NCBI GenBank assembly: GCA_963532835.1 | Contig: CAUSLL010000002.1 | Location: 95-64,094, forward strand | Origin: an uncultured Candidatus Saccharibacteria bacterium | Lineage (GTDB): Bacteria > Patescibacteriota > Saccharimonadia > Saccharimonadales > Saccharimonadaceae | DNA: 64,000 bases | Direction of reading: 5' to 3' | Shown here: in pieces, positions 1 through 9,108 of the stretch | Position numbering within the stretch: position 1 is the stretch's first letter | Layout: each line of letters begins with the position of its first letter | Translations under genes and position numbers: made by a program | Notes under the pieces: model-generated | Told to the model about the DNA's origin: nothing | The model's input: only the letters and a program-made list of their open reading frames with translations | Database searches by the model: none

Positions 1-729
1 GGCAAATTCCTGTGTTTGCAGTTCTGGGTTTTCGTCCAAAATGGTGAGTAGCAAGTTGATACCAAAGGTCAAGTGCAAATTCTCATCCTTAGTGATCCAG
101 TCTAGCAATGTGCCGACATTACGCAGCAAGTTACGTTGGCGGAAGCTCATACCGACCATAAAGCCCGAGTAGAACCAGATACCCTCCAGCACAATGTTAT
201 ACGCCACCAGGGAGCGAACAAAGTTTTTCTTACCCTCCAAGGTGTAGATGTCCAGATTTGGATCGAGCATGACATCCAGGTGCTTGTTCTGGAAGTTCGC
301 CTTGTCGGCCAGCGATTTTTTGCCAAAGCCCGCTGCGTAAATCTCCTCACGATCAAACGGAAAGGTCTCGATGATGTATTCAAAGGTCATGAAGTGATTG
401 GCCTCTTCCCACATCTGTTTTGACAGATACAGTTGCGCTTCAGCGGCGTTAACATATGGATAAATACCAAAGGCTAGCGACTTGTTGATCAATAGCTCGT
501 TCGGATTGAGGTAGCTAATGACGGTTTTGAGCGCGTGCTTTTCTTCGTCACTAAGTTTTTCAAAATCCATCAAGTCCTGTGCTAGCTGAACTTCATTAGG
601 AAACCAAGTGTTAGCCACCGCTTGGTTGTATAGATCGTATGCCCATGGGTAACGAATTGGGTGTAAACTCAGCCCGTCGCGCAGCCCCGAGCCTAAAATT
701 CCACCTTTTGGATGTGTATAGTCTGACAT
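1..729 (-). CDS. nrdB: class I ribonucleotide reductase beta subunit, C-terminus cut by window edge
   Basis: Not in the ORF track because it runs off the window. Manual translation from ATG (729-727) is stop-free to position 1: MSDYTHPKGGILGSGLRDGLSLHPIRYPWAYDLYNQAVANTWFPNEV...EGIWFYSGF...KDENLHLTFG. AAGGGGG SD lies upstream. Starts 11 nt after the nrdA stop. Confidence 0.85.
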   Translation of the reverse strand, partial: MSDYTHPKGGILGSGLRDGLSLHPIRYPWAYDLYNQAVANTWFPNEVQLAQDLMDFEKLSDEEKHALKTVISYLNPNELLINKSLAFGIYPYVNAAEAQLYLSKQMWEEANHFMTFEYIIETFPFDREEIYAAGFGKKSLADKANFQNKHLDVMLDPNLDIYTLEGKKNFVRSLVAYNIVLEGIWFYSGFMVGMSFRQRNLLRNVGTLLDWITKDENLHLTFGINLLLTILDENPELQTQEFA

Positions 730-740
730 GATAACCCCCT

Positions 741-3146
741 TTATTTATTAATTTTTGCAAAGCCAAAGCCACGCGCCTTGCCTGCACCTGTTCTAATCTT
801 TTGCTCAGCAATTTTTTCCACCGACACCGTGGTCTGCTCTGACTGATGACGCGGCTTAACGTGTAGGTAATAGGTTGTTTTCAAACCACGCCGCCAGGCT
901 TCCGAATAAATCTCTACATATTCATCGATATCGCGAGTTTCCAGGTACATGTTGCGGCTAATCGCCTGGTCGACCCATTTTTGAGCCCGGGCCGCTACTT
1001 CAATGAACGCATATGGGCTTAATTGGAAACTGGTTTTATAGACATCTTTTAGCTTCTGCGGAATAGCATCAATGTGTTGAATATCACCTTGGTTGGCAAA
1101 TACCTCTTCCTTGATGTCATCCCACAAGTTCAGCGCCTTGAGGTCGCGCACCAGGTTATTATTTACCTCCAAAAACTTACCATTCAGAGTCGAGCGGCTA
1201 AAGATTTGTGCAAACTGCGGATCGATACCTGGCGTGGTACCAGCAATGTGGCCGATGTTCGCCGTTGGCGCGATAGCCATCAGTGTCGCGTTGCGCATAC
1301 CCTTTTTAACCTTCACCCGCAGCGCATCCCAGTCGAGGCTCGACTTGTGATCGATTTTCACCTTAACTTTGCGGTCAGTAGACAGCGTCTCCAGGGTGTC
1401 GATTGGCAAAATTCCCTTACTCCAACCACTACCCTTGTAGGTAGGATAGCTGCCCAGCTCCTGTGCCAAGTCTGCTGATTGGTCGATAGCGTGATAGCTG
1501 ATAAATTCGGTCAGTGTATCAATCAGATTGTATGATTCCTTGGACTCATAGCAATAGCCAAGTTTTTCGAGCACGTCAGTAAAGCCCATTATTCCCAAAC
1601 CAATTGCCCGCGTTTGGTTGTTTGAGTGCATAGCTTCCGGAATCGGCGTCTGGGTGATATCTACCAAGTTGTCCAATTGGCGTACCGCTGCTCGCGACGC
1701 TTCTTTGAGTCGATCCCAATCCCACGTCTTATCTTCGTTCAAAAACGCTGACAAATTGATACTCACCAGGTTACAGGTAGCGATGTTGTCTTTGTCCTGC
1801 GGCAAGGTAATTTCCGTACAGAGATTGGACAGGTGAATCGTACCTGTGTTATTGTTCAATGCTCGCACATTGATGGTGTCTTTCCAGGTGAGCCACGGGT
1901 GGCTGGTAGCCTGTAAGCTGGTCAAAATCTGTTTGAATTGCTGGCGAGCTGATGTCTTTTCAAAGACGCGCATTTTACCAGCCTCGGCTAGTTTAATGTA
2001 CTCTTTGTAGCGCGCGGAGAATTCTTCACCGTACAGTTCTGGTAGATCTGGTGTATCTGCTGGGTCAAACAAGTACCAATCTTGGTCTTTTTGCACCCGC
2101 TTCATAAATTCATCAGAGATAAACACCGCAGTGTTAGCAAAACGCGTTCGCATGTATGGGTCACCGGAGTTAGAGCGTAGGTCGATGAACTCCCTAAAAT
2201 CAATATGCCAGTTTTCCATATATACTGCTGCTGCACCCATCTTTTTACCCTTACGGGAGACGGCAAATAGCGCCGTATCGATCATCTTGATAAATGGGAT
2301 TGGTCCAGTACTCACCGTATTGGTTGTCTTGACTGGACTGCCAGATGCCCGCAATTTAGTAAAGCCGATACCGATACCACCAGTACCTTTGGCAATCCAC
2401 ATCGTGTCACGCACCGCCTTAGCAATTGATTCCATGTCATCATCAACATTCAGCAAGAAACAGTTACTGAGCTGCGGGAATGAACCACCAGCATTGACGC
2501 GGGTTGAACCACCTGGCACATACTCCAGACTACTCATGTGATTGTAAAAATCGATGGCTGCAGCTGTCGGATCTTTTTCATTGTAGCTCAGCCCCATAGC
2601 GATGCGCATGTGAGTAAATTGTGGTGGTTCAATTGGCTCACTACCATGTTTACGCAAAGCATAGCGGTTACGGTTAGTGATGACACCGAGGTACTTACTG
2701 AGGTCATCTTTAGCAGGATCAAGCGCTTCACCAAGCTTTTTCAAATCAAACCTACCGTCAGTCATCCGCTGGTCCAGTAGCCCAACCTTTACTGCATCCT
2801 TCACGAACTGAGGAAATTTCTTTGCGTGCAGTTTCTTTAGCTCATCAGCAGTTTCATAATCATCTAGGGTATTTTTATAAATATTTTTTAACAACAGCCG
2901 TGCCGCGATCTTGTCATAATCTGGATCGTCTTTAACATTCTGCAAGGTTGTCTGGATGACCGCTTGGTCGAGTTGCTCAGTTGTAATGCCGTCAAACAAT
3001 GTCAGCTGTAGTTCAGTAGCCACCTGCACGACCTTGGATACTTGATCAGGCAACCCCTCTGCTGCCTTCAGTAACGCGATGTTGATTTTATTTGCATCAA
3101 ACGGCTCTTTCGTCCCGTCTCGTTTGACGACATGAATGACACTCAT
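741..3146 (-). CDS. nrdA: class I ribonucleotide reductase alpha subunit with N-terminal ATP-cone
   Basis: 801-aa ORF. ATP-cone-like N-terminus (VVKRDGTKEPFDANKINIALLKAAEG). Active-site loop SNLCTEITLP. Followed directly by nrdB. Confidence 0.95.
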   Translation of the reverse strand: MSVIHVVKRDGTKEPFDANKINIALLKAAEGLPDQVSKVVQVATELQLTLFDGITTEQLDQAVIQTTLQNVKDDPDYDKIAARLLLKNIYKNTLDDYETADELKKLHAKKFPQFVKDAVKVGLLDQRMTDGRFDLKKLGEALDPAKDDLSKYLGVITNRNRYALRKHGSEPIEPPQFTHMRIAMGLSYNEKDPTAAAIDFYNHMSSLEYVPGGSTRVNAGGSFPQLSNCFLLNVDDDMESIAKAVRDTMWIAKGTGGIGIGFTKLRASGSPVKTTNTVSTGPIPFIKMIDTALFAVSRKGKKMGAAAVYMENWHIDFREFIDLRSNSGDPYMRTRFANTAVFISDEFMKRVQKDQDWYLFDPADTPDLPELYGEEFSARYKEYIKLAEAGKMRVFEKTSARQQFKQILTSLQATSHPWLTWKDTINVRALNNNTGTIHLSNLCTEITLPQDKDNIATCNLVSINLSAFLNEDKTWDWDRLKEASRAAVRQLDNLVDITQTPIPEAMHSNNQTRAIGLGIMGFTDVLEKLGYCYESKESYNLIDTLTEFISYHAIDQSADLAQELGSYPTYKGSGWSKGILPIDTLETLSTDRKVKVKIDHKSSLDWDALRVKVKKGMRNATLMAIAPTANIGHIAGTTPGIDPQFAQIFSRSTLNGKFLEVNNNLVRDLKALNLWDDIKEEVFANQGDIQHIDAIPQKLKDVYKTSFQLSPYAFIEVAARAQKWVDQAISRNMYLETRDIDEYVEIYSEAWRRGLKTTYYLHVKPRHQSEQTTVSVEKIAEQKIRTGAGKARGFGFAKINK

Positions 3147-3183
3147 TATACCTCCCTTAAACTATATTGGTCACAGAGATACA

Positions 3184-3219
3184 AGAAAAATACCAACAGC
3201 ACCTCCCCTGTGGTATCAG
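3184..3219 (-). terminator. hairpin plus U-tract inside the nrdA 5' leader (attenuator candidate, or terminator for tRNA-Ser read-through)
   Basis: Minus-strand RNA AUACCACAG-GGGAGGUG-CUGUUGGUAU forms 9 bp with one bulged U. It is followed by UUUUCUUGU, about 40 nt upstream of the nrdA ATG. Confidence 0.35.
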
Positions 3220-3253
3220 CTTTTCTCACCTCTTGGTTTTTGTTTGTCTACCC

Positions 3254-3279
3254 GCTATAGATATAGCGTATATATACCA
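3254..3279 (-). promoter_or_regulatory. nrdAB promoter candidate (TGGTATATA extended -10, 3271-3279) with palindrome GCTATA-GA-TATAGC (3254-3267) at the predicted start site; NrdR-box-like operator candidate
   Basis: Perfect 6-bp inverted arms with a 2-nt spacer, read directly. The AT-rich CTATA/TATAG core resembles NrdR boxes, but the length does not match the 16-bp consensus exactly. Confidence 0.3.
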
Positions 3280-3357
3280 TGATAAGCACTAAATGTAGGG
3301 TTTGCAATAGGTTTTGTTAATTTTACAATGACGATCGAAGATAACCCTATTTGCACT

Positions 3358-3449
3358 TGGCGGAAGGACGGGGATTCGAACCCCGGAGACCCCGTGAAGA
3401 GTCTACACACTTTCCAGGCGTGCCAGTTCAACCACTCCTGCATCCTTCC
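3358..3449 (-). tRNA. tRNA-Ser (anticodon GGA), long variable arm, CCA encoded
   Basis: Reverse complement GGAAGGATGCAGGAGTGGTTGAACTGGCACGC-CTGGAAA-GTGTG...GGTTCGAATCCCCGTCCTTCCGCCA. The 7-bp acceptor, T-loop GGTTCGAATCC and anticodon loop CU-GGA-AA were folded by hand. Confidence 0.9.
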
Positions 3450-3548
3450 GTCTTGATTTAGTATACAAAACTTTACGGGAAATAACCAACTACCGCAGTA
3501 ACAATATAAAAATGGGCTGATGATGTACATTTTACATAACTATTATGG

Positions 3549-3576
3549 TTGCATATCCTCCCGTACTGCATATAAT
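3549..3576 (+). promoter_or_regulatory. sigma70-type promoter TTGCAT-16-TATAAT, 9 nt upstream of the ABC ATPase ATG
   Basis: TTGCAT 3549-3554 and TATAAT 3571-3576. ATG at 3586 with no SD in between. Confidence 0.45.
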
Positions 3577-3585
3577 AAATATAGT

Positions 3586-4560
3586 ATGGATACACCAGTT
3601 GCACCGTGTATAAGACTCACAAACATTACAAAGTGTTTTGGTATCGGCGATGCGGAACACTATGCTCTTGACGACGTAAATTTGACCGTCGAGAAGGGCG
3701 AATTCATCGCCATTATGGGGCCAAGTGGTTGTGGTAAGACCACCCTCTTAAACATCATCGGTCTGTTAGATCAGGCAACAGATGGTGATTATTTTCTCAA
3801 TGGTGATTCAGTAGATAATCTTAGCTCAAAGAGGCTGGCTCGGATTCGTTCAGATGACATCGGTTTTGTGTTTCAGAATTTTAATCTGATTCCTCGCTTG
3901 AGCGTCCTAGAAAACGTGTCTCTCCCGCTAACATACAAAGGCATGAGTAAGATTAAACGCCTACAGGAAGCCAGCCGAATCTTAAAGAACTTTCACTTAG
4001 GCGAGCGCGAATATTACATGCCGCACCAATTGTCAGGTGGACAGGTTCAGCGTGTAGCGATTGCTCGTGCGCTCGTTAACAGCCCGTCAATCATCCTGGC
4101 GGACGAGCCGACTGGTAACCTAGACAGTAAGGCCAGCCATATCATCATGGAAGAGTTGGCCGACATTCACCGCCGTGGCAATACCATCATCATGGTAACC
4201 CACAACCCTGAGTTGACCTCGTACGCCAGCCGCGTCATCACCATGCTTGACGGCAGGATCGATACAGATGAACAGCTACAGAAATCAGCACCATTTAGGA
4301 AAAACCTGGAAATTATTGACGAAGAAAAAGAAGCAAAACCATCAGATAAGCCCAAGAAATCTGAGAAAAAAGCTACTGAACCTACCGAAAAGCCTAACAA
4401 AGAGGAAGTAAAGCCAGCCAAACATCCTGAAAAAGAAGAGGCTAAGCTTGCCGAGAAACCAAAAAAAGAAGATGATAAACTCGCTGAAAAGTCTGACAAA
4501 AAATCTTCAACCAAATCCACAAAGAAGACACAAACTTCCAAAAAGGAGACGACCAAGTGA
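3586..4560 (+). CDS. MacB/LolD-type ABC transporter ATP-binding protein with K/E/P-rich C-terminal tail
   Basis: Walker A GPSGCGKTT, signature LSGGQ, Walker B ILADEPT, H-loop VTHN. Start moved from the track's 3520 to ATG 3586 because the extension covers the promoter. The last ~80 aa are low-complexity Lys/Glu/Pro. Confidence 0.9.
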   Translation: MDTPVAPCIRLTNITKCFGIGDAEHYALDDVNLTVEKGEFIAIMGPSGCGKTTLLNIIGLLDQATDGDYFLNGDSVDNLSSKRLARIRSDDIGFVFQNFNLIPRLSVLENVSLPLTYKGMSKIKRLQEASRILKNFHLGEREYYMPHQLSGGQVQRVAIARALVNSPSIILADEPTGNLDSKASHIIMEELADIHRRGNTIIMVTHNPELTSYASRVITMLDGRIDTDEQLQKSAPFRKNLEIIDEEKEAKPSDKPKKSEKKATEPTEKPNKEEVKPAKHPEKEEAKLAEKPKKEDDKLAEKSDKKSSTKSTKKTQTSKKETTK

Positions 4561-5765
4561 GGTTTTTATTCAAAAATCACATAGAAAACGCCATGCAATC
4601 CCTCCGCGCTAGTCGCGGTCGGACAACATTGACGGTTACCGGCATTACTATTGGTATCATGGGCATCACTATGATCATGTCCCTGTCTGTTAGTGTCAAT
4701 AAATTGATCAACCAACAGTTCTCAACAACCAAAGACAGTGTGGCATTGATACGGTCTGGTTTGGGTGGCAATGTCGAACGGTCATTGTCTCAAGCGCAAA
4801 ACATCACACCCCTGCCAACCCTAACTGAATATGATGTGCAGGATATTGCTCGCATCACTCCAAACAGCGCTCCGATGTCAGTTATTCACAACTCCATCAC
4901 TACTACCAACTCACACATCGATGCGCACAAAACCGCCATCATTGGTACCACTGAAAAAATCAAAGATCTGGCAGAGCTAGAACTACGCGATGGTCAATTT
5001 GTTGGGCAAGCCAACGGTGTGGTGATTGGTCATCAATTGTCAATTGATCTGTTTGGTACCGAATATTCACTTGGTAATGTCCTGCGTATTCAAGATAAGC
5101 CGCTTACGGTCATGGGCGTCTTAAAACCAGTCAAGCAGCCTCTCACCTATCTAGGCGTTAACTTCAACAACTCAGCCATCGTCTCACTCGATGTCAGTAA
5201 GAAGCTGACCCAAAATGTCGCGCAAATTCAACAAATTGCCATCAAAACTGACGGCGACTCATCGCTTGAAAAAGCAATTTCTGATATTACAGCAAAGCTC
5301 AATCAAAATCACCACGATGCTAATGACTACCACATCATCACTGGTAAAGATATTACTGCAACTAGTGACGCTATGTTGTTGTCACTGTCCGCAATCATGA
5401 TCGCTGTGTCAATTATCTCCCTGTTTGTCGGCGGAATCAGCATCATGAATATTATGTTAGTAAATGTTGCCGAACGACAGCGTGAAGTCGGTATCCGTAA
5501 AGCAATTGGTGCCACTAACCGACATATCATCCATCAATTCTTGATCGAATCAGTCATCATTGGTTTAGCTGGTGGTGTTATGGGGTATATCTTTGGCTTA
5601 ATTGGTGCGTACACGGTCAGTACGTTCCTGCCGGTTTCACCAATCTTGAGCTGGCAACCTGCCGTCGTCAGCATCGGTGCCGCAATGTTAGTCGGTGTCG
5701 TCTTTGGTATTTATCCAGCCGTACGCGCTGCCAACCGCAACACTATCGAAGCAATGCGAAACTAA
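4557..5765 (+). CDS. MacB/FtsX-type ABC transporter permease
   Basis: 402 aa with an N-terminal TM, a ~220-aa extracytoplasmic domain and a C-terminal FtsX-like TM bundle. The GTG start overlaps the upstream stop (GTGA). Confidence 0.88.
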   Translation: MRFLFKNHIENAMQSLRASRGRTTLTVTGITIGIMGITMIMSLSVSVNKLINQQFSTTKDSVALIRSGLGGNVERSLSQAQNITPLPTLTEYDVQDIARITPNSAPMSVIHNSITTTNSHIDAHKTAIIGTTEKIKDLAELELRDGQFVGQANGVVIGHQLSIDLFGTEYSLGNVLRIQDKPLTVMGVLKPVKQPLTYLGVNFNNSAIVSLDVSKKLTQNVAQIQQIAIKTDGDSSLEKAISDITAKLNQNHHDANDYHIITGKDITATSDAMLLSLSAIMIAVSIISLFVGGISIMNIMLVNVAERQREVGIRKAIGATNRHIIHQFLIESVIIGLAGGVMGYIFGLIGAYTVSTFLPVSPILSWQPAVVSIGAAMLVGVVFGIYPAVRAANRNTIEAMRN

Positions 5766-5782
5766 ATAAACCGCGTTTTGCT

Positions 5783-6823
5783 TTAACTTAATTCTTGTTT
5801 TAGACGCTCTACCAGTTTTACTGGCGCTGGATCAACGCCATTTAGAATTGCTGTGTAAATACTTGCGGCATCACCAAGCGCCAAGCCCCACAACAACTGC
5901 TTGAGCAAGGTCTCGCCTTGCAGTTCCACTGACACAGCGTGTGGACGCATACCGCTCAATAATCGATCACTGAGTTCCATGCGCTCACGAATGCGCGGAT
6001 GTTCCAAGTGACTCATCAAATCAACAATCACAAATGGCTTTTCGACTGGATGAGATGACCAGCCGATGAACTCATTGTGGTTAAATTCCGGGTACTGATT
6101 ACAAAAAGCTATATTTTTTGCCGATTCATTCCAGCTGATTTTCCACTTATACGCCAACGGCCATGTTAATTCACCAGCATAAATCACCGGGGTTTTGCCA
6201 GCTGACTTGAGCGCCAACTGTTTGGCGATGTTCTGCTCAGTCGGTACTTCTGGTGCCCAAGTTTTTACCTGACCAGATAACCATTCACCGCTTTCTTCCA
6301 ATTTTTGATACAAATCACCATCGATGATCAAAAAATGCTGTAATATCTTCAACAACCCTCGCAGATGGTAGACTGTTGACATACGTGGTTGCGCACCGGC
6401 TGGTATTTTTATCCTCTTTACGCCATCAGCTGCTGCTTTTTCAAACAGGGCTCCGCCTGTCGTGATTGTCGCTAGCTGACAATTGTTGGCACGCGCCTGA
6501 TCATAGCAACTGAGAGTTTCTTCTGTATTACCGGAGTGACTGATGACAATAACTAGGGTATTATCGTTCACAAAACCCGGTAAATCATAGCCTTTCGTCA
6601 CCACCAGAGGAATATGCAACCAACCCCTCGTTAACGCAATTACCATTTCTGCTGCCAACGCTGAACCACCCATACCAGCAATCACCACCGCATTGATAGT
6701 GCCCGGGACATAATCATTTCCTTCGATAACTACTTCAAACGAAGTCTGCGTTGATAACTGCAACAAACCAGACAGGGTGTCGGCTGGATCTTTTCGCCGA
6801 ATCATCATAGGATCATCAAGCAT
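5783..6823 (-). CDS. bifunctional phosphoglucose/phosphomannose isomerase family (SIS domain)
   Basis: 346 aa with SIS motifs GMGGSALAA and SHSGNTEE. Layout is typical of the PGI/PMI family. Confidence 0.8.
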   Translation of the reverse strand: MLDDPMMIRRKDPADTLSGLLQLSTQTSFEVVIEGNDYVPGTINAVVIAGMGGSALAAEMVIALTRGWLHIPLVVTKGYDLPGFVNDNTLVIVISHSGNTEETLSCYDQARANNCQLATITTGGALFEKAAADGVKRIKIPAGAQPRMSTVYHLRGLLKILQHFLIIDGDLYQKLEESGEWLSGQVKTWAPEVPTEQNIAKQLALKSAGKTPVIYAGELTWPLAYKWKISWNESAKNIAFCNQYPEFNHNEFIGWSSHPVEKPFVIVDLMSHLEHPRIRERMELSDRLLSGMRPHAVSVELQGETLLKQLLWGLALGDAASIYTAILNGVDPAPVKLVERLKQELS

Positions 6824-6897
6824 CTTGTCATATCACCTTTCTTCATGCTAAAGTATAACATATATAAGCATAATCATTAATAATACGGGGTGGGGAC

Positions 6898-7386
6898 ATG
6901 CAAAACCAATCAGTTACCGATGATCAAGAGCTTGCCAAGGTTTTGGCAGGTGTAACACAACAAACAGATGATAATTTGAGCTTTGAAGAGACAGGGACAA
7001 CTCCGCAGTCAGACGACGCTCAGGTAGTCGCGCCACCGCCAGATAATTCAATCCCCGTAGCAACGGATGATTTAATGGTCGCACCGCCGCCAGCAGTGCC
7101 TATTTCCGTCGATACTGCGACCCCTGCAGCCCCGGTAAATGATTCAAATCTGGACTCCATCAAGCAACAAGCGCTATTGGAGCTTCGTCCCCTGGTTGAT
7201 AAGTTAAACATTTCCCCAGAAGAAAAGTTTGACACCTACCTACTGTTATTACGCTCAACAGATGACAGCGCTTTGATCGCTCCAGCACACGCAGCAGCTG
7301 GTGCCATCGCTGATGAATCTCGCCGCGCCCAAGCTCTGCTGGATGTAATCAAAGAGATAGATTATCTGTCAAATCCACAAAAATAA
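6898..7386 (+). CDS. hypothetical acidic Pro/Ala-rich protein
   Basis: 162-aa ORF with GGGGTGGGG SD upstream. The N-terminal half is low complexity. No recognisable domain. Confidence 0.5.
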   Translation: MQNQSVTDDQELAKVLAGVTQQTDDNLSFEETGTTPQSDDAQVVAPPPDNSIPVATDDLMVAPPPAVPISVDTATPAAPVNDSNLDSIKQQALLELRPLVDKLNISPEEKFDTYLLLLRSTDDSALIAPAHAAAGAIADESRRAQALLDVIKEIDYLSNPQK

Positions 7387-7401
7387 CCATTTCAATTCAT
7401 T

Positions 7402-7434
7402 AAAATAGGGCCTGCTACCGGCCCTATTTTGTTT
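7402..7434. terminator. bidirectional intrinsic terminator between the 6898 gene and groEL
   Basis: ATAGGGCC-7 nt-GGCCCTAT stem flanked by A-tract and T-tract. Confidence 0.6.
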
Positions 7435-7445
7435 GATGTAGCCTG

Positions 7446-9089
7446 CTACATCATCCCCATACCCGGCATACCGCCAGGCGCAGCTGGAGCTTCTGGCTCC
7501 GGTACGTCGACGACCAGTGCACCCATGGTTGCTGCGGTTGAGGCGATAGATACCGCATTCTGCACCGCTTCCTTGGTGACGCGTGCTGGGTCGATAACGC
7601 CAGCTTTTTTGACATCCACCAATTCGTTCGCAGGTTTCATGACATTAACGCCAAAGCCAGCTTTGCCTGCTTCGACTTGCGCTAGGAGCGCGTCGGCGTT
7701 CAAACCAGCATTACGCATAATCTGTAGGAATGGCTGCTTTAAGGCATCCTTTAGAATCTGCCGGCCAGCCGCGATGCTGTCTGCACCAGTTACCTTCAGG
7801 CCACCAGCCAAATTTACCAGCGTCACACCACCGCCAGCGACGACTCCCTCGGCCAAGGCTGCTTTAGTCGCTGCCACGGCGTCGTCTACGCGGAATTTCT
7901 TTTCGTCAATTTCTGTCTCGGTCGCGCCGCCGACTTTGATAACGGCCACCTTGCCGCTCAAGGCCGCTGCCCGCTTGTCGAATTGTTCTTTTTCGTACTC
8001 GCTGGAGGCGTTGTCAGATAACGCCTTAATCTGAGCAATCTGCTCCTTCACTGCTGACGGCTTGCCCGCGCCCTCAACGATGGTGGTTTCATCTTTGCCG
8101 ACAATCACCTTGCGCGCTGAACCCAACACTTCCAAGCCAGCATTCTCAAACGTCAAACCATGATCTTCAGAAATCACCGTTGCGCCGGTCAGCACCGCGA
8201 TGTCGCGTAAAATCTCCTTACGGCGGTCGCCAAAGCTTGGTGCCTTGACCGCGACAGTGTTAAATACGCCCTTGAGCTTGTTCAGCACCAAAATACTTAG
8301 CGCTTCACCCTCAACTTCATCAGCGATCAGCACCACGTCCTTTTTGCCAGATTGTGCCAATTTCTCCAACATTGGTAGGAATTCTTGCACGCTGGAAATC
8401 TTCTTATCAGTGATCAAAATCGCTGGCTTTTCATAAACCGCCTCTTGCCGACCAGTGTCGGTAACGAAGAACGGACTAACCCAGCCCTTATCTAGGCTAA
8501 AGCCCTCAACGACCTCAGCCTCCAGCTCCAAACCTTGGCCAGCTTCGACCGTTACTACGCCGTCTTTGCCAACTTTCTCGATGACACCAGCGATTAGTTT
8601 ACCAATTTCCGCGTCGCCCGCCGAAATAGTTGCCACTTCCGCCACGCGCTCAGACTTGCCCTCAATTGGCTCAGCTAATTTATTCAGCTCTTTGACAATT
8701 TCCGCGCCAGCCTGCTCGATGCCTTTGCGTAGCTCCATCGGGTTGTGACCCGCTGCGATCAGCCGGTTGGCCTCCTTCAAAATCGAATAGGTCAGCACCG
8801 TCACCGTCGTGGTACCGTCACCAGCCTGCTTGTTCAAGTTCTTGGCCGCCTGCTTGATCAGATCAGCACCAACCTTGTAGCCCAGCGTCTCATCATCATT
8901 CTCTGGCAGCTCGATGCCTTCTGCCACTGTTACGCCGTCGTGCGTCACGGTTGGCCCGCCAAAACCCTTGGCAATCACCACATTGCGGCCCTTTGGCCCG
9001 TAGGTTACCTTAACTGCGTTATACAGTGCCTCGGCACCGCCCAACACGCGAGCACGCGCATCATCATCGTAAAATACTTTTTTTGCCAT
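7446..9089 (-). CDS. groL: chaperonin GroEL
   Basis: 547 aa from MAKKVFYDDDARA. Motif AGDGTTTVTVL and C-terminal GGMPGMGMM tail. Start trimmed from the track's 9116 to the conserved MAKK. Confidence 0.97.
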   Translation of the reverse strand: MAKKVFYDDDARARVLGGAEALYNAVKVTYGPKGRNVVIAKGFGGPTVTHDGVTVAEGIELPENDDETLGYKVGADLIKQAAKNLNKQAGDGTTTVTVLTYSILKEANRLIAAGHNPMELRKGIEQAGAEIVKELNKLAEPIEGKSERVAEVATISAGDAEIGKLIAGVIEKVGKDGVVTVEAGQGLELEAEVVEGFSLDKGWVSPFFVTDTGRQEAVYEKPAILITDKKISSVQEFLPMLEKLAQSGKKDVVLIADEVEGEALSILVLNKLKGVFNTVAVKAPSFGDRRKEILRDIAVLTGATVISEDHGLTFENAGLEVLGSARKVIVGKDETTIVEGAGKPSAVKEQIAQIKALSDNASSEYEKEQFDKRAAALSGKVAVIKVGGATETEIDEKKFRVDDAVAATKAALAEGVVAGGGVTLVNLAGGLKVTGADSIAAGRQILKDALKQPFLQIMRNAGLNADALLAQVEAGKAGFGVNVMKPANELVDVKKAGVIDPARVTKEAVQNAVSIASTAATMGALVVDVPEPEAPAAPGGMPGMGMM

Positions 9090-9108
9090 AACGTAAACTC
9101 CCCTTTTC

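Noticed and set aside
4167-4556. 129-aa antisense ORF opposite the ABC ATPase tail
   Set aside because: It is the reverse-frame image of the Lys/Glu-rich low-complexity coding DNA (Phe/Ser/Leu-rich) and has no independent signals.
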